DNA of 24,000 nt from Ferrimonas balearica. Lineage in GTDB: Bacteria; Pseudomonadota; Gammaproteobacteria; Enterobacterales; Shewanellaceae. Shown here in pieces: positions 6,113-13,218 of this stretch (position 1 is the stretch's first letter; every line of letters starts with the position of its first letter). The translations under genes were made by a program, and so were the position numbers. The notes below the pieces were generated by a model. It searched no databases. It saw only the letters and a program-made list of their open reading frames with translations, and was not told where the DNA came from. Location: NCBI RefSeq assembly GCF_019802085.1, contig NZ_JAHVHV010000001.1:1218874-1242873 (forward strand), read 5' to 3'.

Positions 6113-8386
6113 CTACGGATAGCGCTGTTTCAACGCATCTGCCCAGTTGGGCCCCACTTCGTCGGCCAAGCGTTTCAGGCAGGCTCCGCTGCTGGGCAGT
6201 GCGTTCCGAAGGCCCAGCTCACAGGCCGCATAGAGATGGCGGGGGAAGCGACTTCGCTCATAAACCGCCATCATCTGCTCTACCGCCTGGTCTGGCGCCA
6301 CTGCCTCAAGCGATAAGGCGTACACGTAACGATAATCGGGGTTTTCCGGTGCCAGAGAGACCGCCTGGGCCAACTGTTGCCGAGCACTTTTGGGCTCATC
6401 ACTGCGCACCTGGCTAAGGCCCAGTGCAAAGGCGATGGCGGCGGATTCCGGCAGCCTTTCCCGGGCACTTAAGAGCGTGGCACGCTCGGCCTCATTCTGG
6501 CCCATAGCCCGTTGTGCCTCGGCCAGGCGCACATGGCCCAGGGCAAACCGGGGCTCTATCGCCACCGCATCGCGATAGTGGGCCTGCGCCTCTGGCCATT
6601 GTCCGAGATGGCGGGCCAGATCCCCCATGGCCACACGGCCAAAGCCCCTGTCGGCGTTAAATGCCAGGCGTTGACGATGGGTTTGAAGTGCCGGCGCCAG
6701 CGCAGCTTGCTGTGACGGCGTCAGTTCCGAGTAGACACGCACCAGGCGCGCCGCCGCATCGGCGCGAAACGCCGGATTGGGATGATCAAGCAGGGGGTTC
6801 AGCAGGTCCCAGCGATCCGGCGCTGCCAGGCCCCCTGCCCCCTTGATGACACCAAGGGTAATCAGGGGGGAGGACTCGCGACTGGCCCGCGCCAACGCCA
6901 GTGCCGCATTAGGGCCGGCGTAAGCCAATAGCCGAGACAGCGCGGCCGCCCGCACCATGTCCGGCTCGGTGTGGTCCTGGGCCACATGGGCTAGGGCGCG
7001 CTCGCCCTCGGCGCGCTGTTGAGCGCCCTCTGCAAACGCTTGGGCGAAATGGCGCTGTTGTTGATAGGGGGAGTCGGGATACCAGCGCCTCAGGGTATCG
7101 GAGGCCCATTGGGCGTCCTTTTGATGGCACTCACTGCAGACGTTGGGGACGCCGAGGGAGACACTCAAATCAGGCCGGGGCACCCGGAAGCTGTGGTCGT
7201 GTCGCGGGTCCACCTGCATAAAGGTGGAAACGGGCATGTGACAATCGCTGCAGTGGAGCTTGGCGCCATTGGGGTGACGGTGGTGGGCCCGCTCGGCGTA
7301 GTTTGAGGTGTGGCACTGAAGGCAAAGGCGGGGTTCGGGCGCAACCAGTTCGCTGCTGTGGGGGTTATGGCAGTGGCTGCACACCACTCCGGCCGCCGCC
7401 ATCTTAGATTGCATAAAACTGCCCAGCACAAAGTTCTCGTCGTCGATCTGGCCATCGGGGTGATAGCGGGCAGCCGAGAGCAAATTGAGCCGGTACTTTC
7501 GATGAAAATCCAGCACAGCGGCATCGTCATCCAGCTGCAGACGCCGACTGTGGCACTGGGCGCAGGCCATAGACTGTTGGCGGTAGGTCAAATCAGCCGC
7601 AAAACCATCCAGAACACCGGCGATGGGCAGGGCTTTGAGCTGGCGCTCCAGGCCCGGATCCGGCCCGGCTCTGTCCCCCCAGGCCCAGCGCTGGTGCGCC
7701 TCACCGGACCCGTGGCAGGCCTGGCAACCGACACCGGCCTCCTGGTAGCGGCTCTGGTAGGTGTTGGTGGCGGTGTCGTAGCCCTTTTCATATCCGGTTA
7801 CGTGGCAGTCGGCACACTGACTGTTCCAGTTCTGCCCGGTGTTGGTCCAGTAAAAGCGGTCATTGGGTCCTGCGCGGGGATAGAGGTGGAACCAGCGCTG
7901 TCCCCCCTGCTCGGCGGCCCGGCTGTCCCAGGCCAGGGGCAGCAACTGCAACCGTCCACCGGGGAGCGTCACCAGGTACTGCTGCAGCGGGTAGTGGCCG
8001 AAAGTGTGCTGCACTTGCAGCGTCTGGGCCTGGCCAGCGCCGTCATTGAGGGTGGCCCAGTACTGGCCATCTTGGCGATAGAGATGAAAGGGTTGGCCGG
8101 CCAGCTGAAGTCGCTGGTCATCAAAGTTCCCAAGCACATGCCGTTCGGTGGCCACGGCCATGGCCAGTTGGTGATCGGAGCCCTGCCACTGCTGGTACTG
8201 TGACGTGTGGCACTGACCGCAGGCTTCACTGCCGGTTAGCGGCGGGTTTGCATCTAAGCCGATGGGCCAGAGCAGCAAAAATGGGGCAAGGGTGAGCAGC
8301 GTGAACAAGCTCGTCTCCGGGTGCGGCCGCTTGAAAGAGGACTGCCCAAAGCTTAGCCGAAGCAACTGAATCCCAGCGCGATTCAA
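6113..8386 (-). CDS. octahaem c-type cytochrome fused to C-terminal TPR-repeat domain (periplasmic)
   Basis: The 757-aa protein has eight CXXCH motifs: CGQCH, CADCH, CQACH, CAQCH, CSHCH, CLQCH, CSDCH and CSECH, between residues ~56 and ~421. It has a hydrophobic N-terminal signal/anchor (LFTLLTLAPFLLLWPIGLDA). The C-terminal ~300 aa are Ala/Leu-rich with TPR-like repeats. The only canonical start in frame is TTG at 8386, which has no SD, so the start is uncertain. A second in-frame TTG lies 7 codons downstream. Confidence 0.85.
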   Translation of the reverse strand: MNRAGIQLLRLSFGQSSFKRPHPETSLFTLLTLAPFLLLWPIGLDANPPLTGSEACGQCHTSQYQQWQGSDHQLAMAVATERHVLGNFDDQRLQLAGQPFHLYRQDGQYWATLNDGAGQAQTLQVQHTFGHYPLQQYLVTLPGGRLQLLPLAWDSRAAEQGGQRWFHLYPRAGPNDRFYWTNTGQNWNSQCADCHVTGYEKGYDTATNTYQSRYQEAGVGCQACHGSGEAHQRWAWGDRAGPDPGLERQLKALPIAGVLDGFAADLTYRQQSMACAQCHSRRLQLDDDAAVLDFHRKYRLNLLSAARYHPDGQIDDENFVLGSFMQSKMAAAGVVCSHCHNPHSSELVAPEPRLCLQCHTSNYAERAHHRHPNGAKLHCSDCHMPVSTFMQVDPRHDHSFRVPRPDLSVSLGVPNVCSECHQKDAQWASDTLRRWYPDSPYQQQRHFAQAFAEGAQQRAEGERALAHVAQDHTEPDMVRAAALSRLLAYAGPNAALALARASRESSPLITLGVIKGAGGLAAPDRWDLLNPLLDHPNPAFRADAAARLVRVYSELTPSQQAALAPALQTHRQRLAFNADRGFGRVAMGDLARHLGQWPEAQAHYRDAVAIEPRFALGHVRLAEAQRAMGQNEAERATLLSARERLPESAAIAFALGLSQVRSDEPKSARQQLAQAVSLAPENPDYRYVYALSLEAVAPDQAVEQMMAVYERSRFPRHLYAACELGLRNALPSSGACLKRLADEVGPNWADALKQRYP

Positions 8387-8424
8387 GCTAAGGAGGTGAA
8401 GTACTGCTCGGTGTAAGCACCTTT

Positions 8425-8853
8425 TTAGCCGGTAGGGGCGTCGGCCAGCCAGTCAAACCAGCGACTGTAGCGTTCACCCTCGGCATTCTCCAGGGTGACC
8501 GTCAGGCGCCACACCATGTAATCGGAAGCGCAGCTGCCGTAGATGGCCTGAGCCTGGCCTCGGTCGTCGAACCGCACCGGGATCACCCCCATAAACATGT
8601 CCCTGCCCTCGATCCGAGCCTCTACTGCCCGCTCCCCGGGTTTAAGCGCCAAAGACAGCGCCAGGGGCTTTTCGCTGGGGGCATGGTGGGGGCTCAGTGA
8701 CAGGGCTAACCCTCCGGAAACGCAGGGGCCGGCGGCAAACTGGCACAAACTGGGGTCGGCCACAGAAGCCTGAGGTTCACCCTGTTCTGGGTCTTGCGGG
8801 GAACACCCGCTGAGTGCCAGCAGGCCCACTGCCACACCGATGGCCTTTCGCAT
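8425..8853 (-). CDS. small lipoprotein, unknown function (first gene of operon with the octahaem cytochrome)
   Basis: The 142-aa protein has a signal peptide with a lipobox (MRKAIGVAVGLLALSG/C). Its stop is 38 nt upstream of the cytochrome start on the same strand. I cannot confidently assign a family. The size and beta-rich look are compatible with a FixH/YtkA-like Ig fold, but that is a guess. Confidence 0.75.
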   Translation of the reverse strand: MRKAIGVAVGLLALSGCSPQDPEQGEPQASVADPSLCQFAAGPCVSGGLALSLSPHHAPSEKPLALSLALKPGERAVEARIEGRDMFMGVIPVRFDDRGQAQAIYGSCASDYMVWRLTVTLENAEGERYSRWFDWLADAPTG

Positions 8854-9135
8854 TCGAGTCTCTCCGTTTACTGCACGGGGCCATGCTACGCGATTACCCG
8901 GTGAAACTCAGCCCCAGGGGAAGGTGTCCCTGACGCTTCTGCCGGCTTCTATCGACACCAAAGGGCGCGAACCATCTGGGGGCGATCACCCTGGCCCAAG
9001 CGCTCGCGCGGCGCGTCAGGGTAGGTACAAAGCGCCCCTGAATCGCGTTCGGTCAAAAACTAACCCTTTGGCAATTGGCGACTTTTACATCACCAGTTCA
9101 ATTTTTTACCTATCTGATAACAGATGTTTGCTACT

Positions 9136-9149
9136 TTGATCCAGATCAG
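9136..9149. promoter_or_regulatory. FNR/Anr-type box TTGATccagATCAg (9/10 to TTGAT-N4-ATCAA)
   Basis: Read directly. It lies 168 bp upstream of the ccoN ATG. ccoNOQP promoters are classically FNR/Anr-activated, and an fnr gene is in this window. Confidence 0.55.
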
Positions 9150-9208
9150 GGTTTTCGCGAGCCCGTTGTCTGGGTTTTTTGACCTGCCTCAAGTATCATG
9201 GGCACGCC

Positions 9209-9222
9209 TTGATGAACATCAC
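9209..9222. promoter_or_regulatory. second FNR/Anr-type box TTGATgaacATCAc (9/10)
   Basis: Read directly. It lies 95 bp upstream of the ccoN ATG and 73 bp centre-to-centre from the first box. Confidence 0.5.
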
Positions 9223-9316
9223 GTTGCGGCGTTCCTTGGGACACGAGCCGGTCTCAGAACTGTCGTCCCGCCGCCAGGCACTCAATTAATGCAGAAATTG
9301 CAGTGGAAGCATCGAT

Positions 9317-10747
9317 ATGAACCTGACCCATCCGCAAACCGACTACAACTACAAGGTTGTACGCCAGTTTGCCATTATGACCGTAATATGGGGCATCGTC
9401 GGTATGGCTGTGGGGGTGCTGATCGCCGCCCAGTTGATCTGGCCCGCCCTGAACTTTGATACCCCCTGGCTGACCTACAGCCGTCTTCGTCCCCTCCACA
9501 CCAACGCGGTGATCTTTGCCTTCGGCACCAGTGCCCTGTTCGCCACCTCCTACTACGTGGTCCAGCGCACCTGTCAGACCCGGCTGTTCTCCGACAAGTT
9601 GGCGGCGTTCACCTTCTGGGGTTGGCAGGCGATCATCGTCGCCGCGGCCATCACCCTGCCGCTGGGCATCAGCACCAGCAAGGAGTACGCAGAGCTGGAG
9701 TGGCCGATCAAGATCGCCATCGCCGTGGTCTGGATCAGTTACGCACTGGTGTTCTTCGGCACCATGATCAAGCGTAAGACCAGCCACATCTACGTGGCCA
9801 ACTGGTTCTTCGGTGCCTTCATCATTACCGTTGCGGTTCTGCACATCGTCAACTCCATGTCGATTCCGCTGCACATGTGGAAGTCCTACTCCATCTACGC
9901 CGGGGCAGTGGATGCCATGGTGCAGTGGTGGTACGGCCATAACGCGGTGGGCTTCCTGCTAACGGCCGGCTTCCTGGGGATGATGTACTACTTCGTGCCC
10001 AAGCAGGCGGAGCGTCCGGTTTACTCCTACCGTCTCTCCATCGTGCACTTCTGGGCGCTGATCTCCCTCTACATCTGGGCCGGTCCGCACCACCTGCACT
10101 ACACCGCCCTGCCCGACTGGACCCAGTCCCTCGGCATGGTGATGTCCCTGGTGCTGTTCGCACCCTCCTGGGGGGGCATGATCAACGGCATCATGACCCT
10201 GTCCGGCGCCTGGCATAAGCTGCGAACCGACCCCATCCTGCGCTTCCTGATCGTCTCTCTGTCCTTCTACGGCATGTCCACCTTCGAAGGCCCGATGATG
10301 TCCATCAAGACCGTAAACGCCCTGTCCCACTACACCGACTGGACCGTGGGTCACGTGCACTCCGGTGCCCTGGGCTGGGTGGCCATGGTTTCCATCGGCT
10401 CCCTCTACCACCTGATCCCCATCCTGTTCGGCCAGGCTCGCATGTACAGCGTCAAGCTCATCAACGTGCACTTCTGGCTGGCCACCATCGGCACCGTGCT
10501 CTACATCGTTGCCATGTGGATCTCCGGTGTGATGCAGGGCCTGATGTGGCGCGCGGTTAACGCCGACGGCACCCTGACCTACAGCTTCGTTGAAGCCCTG
10601 TCGGCCTCCTACCCGTTCTACTTCGTGCGTTTCGTCGGTGGCGTGTTCTTCCTGGCCGGTATGCTGCTGATGGCATACAACGTCTATCGCACCGTGACTG
10701 CCCCCAAGGGCAGCATCGCTGAGCAACCCGCAGCGGCCGCGGCTTAA
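9317..10747 (+). CDS. ccoN: cytochrome cbb3 oxidase subunit I (CcoN/FixN)
   Basis: This 476-aa polytopic haem-copper oxidase has characteristic segments ([24 protein letters not shown]). It is followed by ccoO, ccoQ and ccoP. Confidence 0.97.
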   Translation: MNLTHPQTDYNYKVVRQFAIMTVIWGIVGMAVGVLIAAQLIWPALNFDTPWLTYSRLRPLHTNAVIFAFGTSALFATSYYVVQRTCQTRLFSDKLAAFTFWGWQAIIVAAAITLPLGISTSKEYAELEWPIKIAIAVVWISYALVFFGTMIKRKTSHIYVANWFFGAFIITVAVLHIVNSMSIPLHMWKSYSIYAGAVDAMVQWWYGHNAVGFLLTAGFLGMMYYFVPKQAERPVYSYRLSIVHFWALISLYIWAGPHHLHYTALPDWTQSLGMVMSLVLFAPSWGGMINGIMTLSGAWHKLRTDPILRFLIVSLSFYGMSTFEGPMMSIKTVNALSHYTDWTVGHVHSGALGWVAMVSIGSLYHLIPILFGQARMYSVKLINVHFWLATIGTVLYIVAMWISGVMQGLMWRAVNADGTLTYSFVEALSASYPFYFVRFVGGVFFLAGMLLMAYNVYRTVTAPKGSIAEQPAAAAA

Positions 10748-10759
10748 GGAGTACCGACC

Positions 10760-11371
10760 ATGAAATTCAAGCACGAACTTGTTGAAAAGAACGTCGGTCT
10801 GCTGGCCATCTTCACCGTGATCGCCATCAGCTTCGGTGGCATCGCCGAGATCGTTCCGCTCATCTTCCAGCAGGAAACCACCCAGCCGGTGGACGGCCTC
10901 AAGCCCTACACCGCGCTGCAGATGGAAGGCCGGGACATCTACATCCGTGAAGGCTGCGCCAACTGCCACAGCCAGATGATCCGCCCCTTCCGTGCCGAGA
11001 CCGAGCGTTACGGTCACTACTCGGTGGCCGGTGAGCACGTCTGGGAGCACCCCTTCCTGTGGGGCTCCAAGCGGACCGGTCCGGACCTGGCCCGGGTGGG
11101 CGGTCGTTACTCCGATGACTGGCACCGGGTGCACCTGATTGACCCCCGCGCCGTGGTGCCGGAGTCCAACATGCCCGGTTTCCCCTGGCTGGAAGAGACC
11201 GTGTTGGACGGCAAGCACACTGCCGACAAGCTGAAACTGTTCCGTGACCACTTCGGCGTGCCCTACGGCAGCGACGAGGAGATCGAGAAGGACGCGGATT
11301 CCGTTAAAGGTAAGACCGAGATGGACGCCATCATCGCCTATCTGCAGGTCTTGGGCACCGCCCTCAAATAA
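10760..11371 (+). CDS. ccoO: cytochrome cbb3 oxidase monohaem subunit II (CcoO/FixO)
   Basis: The 203-aa protein has an N-terminal TM helix and a single CANCH haem site. The SD AAGGAG is present and the gene starts 12 nt after the ccoN stop. Confidence 0.97.
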   Translation: MKFKHELVEKNVGLLAIFTVIAISFGGIAEIVPLIFQQETTQPVDGLKPYTALQMEGRDIYIREGCANCHSQMIRPFRAETERYGHYSVAGEHVWEHPFLWGSKRTGPDLARVGGRYSDDWHRVHLIDPRAVVPESNMPGFPWLEETVLDGKHTADKLKLFRDHFGVPYGSDEEIEKDADSVKGKTEMDAIIAYLQVLGTALK

Positions 11372-11381
11372 GGATTGAACA

Positions 11382-11546
11382 ATGGATTACGGTACCTTTC
11401 ACGGCATCTACACCTTGGTCCTGCTGTTTTGCATGATCGGAATCATTGCCTGGGCTTACTCCAAGCGACGGAAGCCGTCTTTCGATGAGGCCGCCAATCT
11501 GGTGTTTGCCGACGAAGACAAAGCGAAGGGATCCATTAAGGAGTAA
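11382..11546 (+). CDS. ccoQ: cytochrome cbb3 oxidase small subunit CcoQ (54 aa)
   Basis: This gene is not in the ORF track because it is under 60 aa. I translated it by hand: MDYGTFHGIYTLVLLFCMIGIIAWAYSKRRKPSFDEAANLVFADEDKAKGSIKE*. It has an SD (AAGGA), a single TM helix and the canonical position between ccoO and ccoP. Confidence 0.8.
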   Translation: MDYGTFHGIYTLVLLFCMIGIIAWAYSKRRKPSFDEAANLVFADEDKAKGSIKE

Positions 11547-11552
11547 TCGCAG

Positions 11553-12515
11553 ATGAGTAACCTGTTAAGTATCATCGTCATCTTCTGTGTCCTGGCGGTG
11601 CTGATCGGCAGCCTTCTGCTGCTGATCTGGTGTCAGAAGGACAAGATGGGGAAAGAGGAAGGTGAGTCCATGGGCCACACCTTCGACGGCATTGAGGAGA
11701 TCAACAACCCCTTGCCGAAGTGGTGGAGCTACATGTTTGTGCTGACCATCCTGTTCAGCGCCATCTACCTGGCCCTCTACCCGGGCATGGGCAACTTCTC
11801 CGGCCTGCTGAACTGGACCTCCGCCAACAAGCAGGTGCTGAACCTGGAGCAGTCTCGCGAGCAGGCCTCCGCGGCCCGGGCCGACGACTCCGCCTCCCTG
11901 GTCCAGTACGACCGCGAAGTGGCCTATGCCGATGAGCGCTTTGGCCCCATCTTCCAGGCCTTTGCCGCCCGCTCCATCGAGGATCTGGCCCAGGACGAAG
12001 AAGCCCGTAAGATCGGTCAGCGTCTGTTCCTGCAAAACTGTGCCCAGTGCCACGGTTCCGACGCCAAGGGCAGCCGCGGCTTCCCCAACCTGGCCGACGG
12101 TGCCTGGCTGTACGGTGGCGATCCCGAGACCATCAAGGCGACCATCATGAACGGCCGCCGTGGCATGATGCCGCCCAAAGGTGGTCTGCCCATCGAGGAC
12201 GAAGAGGTGCCTGGCCTGGCCGAGTACGTGCTGAGCCTCTCCGGTCGCGACCACGACGCCGAGCTGGCGCAAGCGGGCCAGGCCTCCTTTATGAAGGGCT
12301 GTTTCGCCTGTCACGGCATGGGCGGTGAAGGCAACCCGCTGCTGGGTGCCCCCAACCTGACCGACGATGCCTGGGTGTACGGCGGTTCCCGTGGCTACAT
12401 CCAGGAGTCCATCATCAACGGCCGTGCCGGTGTGATGCCCGCCTGGAAAGACCTGCTGGGTGAGGACAAGGTTCACCTCATCACCGCGTACGTCTACAGC
12501 CTCAACGTCGAGTAA
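11553..12515 (+). CDS. ccoP: cytochrome cbb3 oxidase dihaem subunit III (CcoP/FixP)
   Basis: The 320-aa protein has an N-terminal TM segment and two haem c sites (CAQCHG, CFACHG). The SD AAGGAG overlaps the end of ccoQ. Confidence 0.95.
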   Translation: MSNLLSIIVIFCVLAVLIGSLLLLIWCQKDKMGKEEGESMGHTFDGIEEINNPLPKWWSYMFVLTILFSAIYLALYPGMGNFSGLLNWTSANKQVLNLEQSREQASAARADDSASLVQYDREVAYADERFGPIFQAFAARSIEDLAQDEEARKIGQRLFLQNCAQCHGSDAKGSRGFPNLADGAWLYGGDPETIKATIMNGRRGMMPPKGGLPIEDEEVPGLAEYVLSLSGRDHDAELAQAGQASFMKGCFACHGMGGEGNPLLGAPNLTDDAWVYGGSRGYIQESIINGRAGVMPAWKDLLGEDKVHLITAYVYSLNVE

Positions 12516-12520
12516 GGCCA

Positions 12521-12552
12521 AAGCCCCGCCCAGTGCGGGGCTTTCTTCTTTC
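12521..12552 (+). terminator. rho-independent terminator after ccoP
   Basis: The stem AAGCCCCGC / GCGGGGCTT has a 5-nt loop and is followed by a TCTTCTTTC tract. It begins 6 nt after the ccoP stop. Confidence 0.7.
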
Positions 12553-12740
12553 GCGGCAACTGCAATGCAGCAAGTGATTAACTTGCCGAGCTTTTTCTCT
12601 TCAAAACCCCAACAAAAACCGCAAGATGAAATCGGGTTTTGAACAGAGAAAGTTCACCCAAGAGTGAACGGGATTTTGTTCGTGCGATCACCGAATCGCG
12701 TCAGTAGTATGGGAGCCCGCTCCCAATGATAGGAATCAAC

Positions 12741-13217
12741 ATGAAGCAGACCCCCTGGTACAAGCAGTTCTGGCCCTGGTTTTTGATCATCCTGCCGGCC
12801 TGCGCTGTCGTCGCCTCCGTCTACACCTTCTACATCGCCGCCAACTCGCAGTTTTCCATGGTGTCGGAGGACTATTACAAGGAAGGCAAAGGCATCAACC
12901 AGGACCTGTCTCGCATCCGCGCCGCCAAGAACCTCGGCCTGGCCTTCACCCTGGAGGTGGCCGACGATGAGATCCGCATCATTCAGCACGGCGGAGAGAC
13001 CATCGATACCGCCATCGAGCTGGAGTTCCACCACGCCACCCTGGAGCAGCACGATTTCATCGAGAAGCTGTTCCGTGACGGCACCGGCACCTACCGTCTG
13101 AGACTGGACGCCCCCCTGTCCGGCACCTGGCTGGTGCAGATCGACGCCTACGATCAGAGCTGGCGACTGCAGACCCGGGCCACCCTGCCCCACGATGGCG
13201 TGATCTGGCTGAACTGA
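12741..13217 (+). CDS. ccoH: cbb3 oxidase maturation protein CcoH/FixH family
   Basis: The protein begins MKQTPWYKQFWPWFLIILPACAVVASVYTFYIAANS...EDYYKEGKGIN, the typical FixH/CcoH N-terminus. I prefer the ATG at 12741 (AGGAA SD, 5-nt spacer) over the track start at 12726. Confidence 0.85.
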   Translation: MKQTPWYKQFWPWFLIILPACAVVASVYTFYIAANSQFSMVSEDYYKEGKGINQDLSRIRAAKNLGLAFTLEVADDEIRIIQHGGETIDTAIELEFHHATLEQHDFIEKLFRDGTGTYRLRLDAPLSGTWLVQIDAYDQSWRLQTRATLPHDGVIWLN

Positions 13218-13218
13218 C

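Noticed and set aside
8390-8399. Strong SD-like AAGGAGGTGA on the plus strand between the lipoprotein and cytochrome genes
   Set aside because: No start codon or ORF follows on the plus strand. On the coding (minus) strand it reads TCACCTCCTT, which is not an RBS.
9107-9113. Single NarL/NarP-type heptamer TACCTAT upstream of the FNR boxes
   Set aside because: A lone degenerate 7-mer is expected by chance. I saw no paired 7-2-7 arrangement.
8840-9139. 99-aa plus-strand ORF in the ccoN upstream spacer
   Set aside because: It starts inside the lipoprotein gene on the opposite strand and has no SD. It is an Arg/Pro/Ser-rich, low-complexity translation that ends in the AT-rich promoter region.
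9959-11251. 430-aa ORF on the minus strand, antisense to ccoN and ccoO
   Set aside because: It completely overlaps two strongly recognisable genes. Its composition (Gly/His/Val/Asp/Gln-rich, no motifs) is typical of antisense shadow ORFs in high-GC DNA.
11565-12521. 318-aa minus ORF antisense to ccoP. Comparable antisense ORFs also exist at 17455..18330 (uspE), 18384..19388 (ttcA), 23075..23995 (aspC), 7310..8203 (cytochrome), 1570..2223 (secreted protein), and 5120..5437 and 5834..6316 (purU).
   Set aside because: All lie fully inside, or antisense to, better-supported genes. They have shadow-ORF composition and no independent start signals.
12726-12740. Upstream ATG (12726) for ccoH
   Set aside because: It adds MIGIN ahead of the conserved MKQTPWYK start. 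The AGGAA SD is positioned for ATG 12741.
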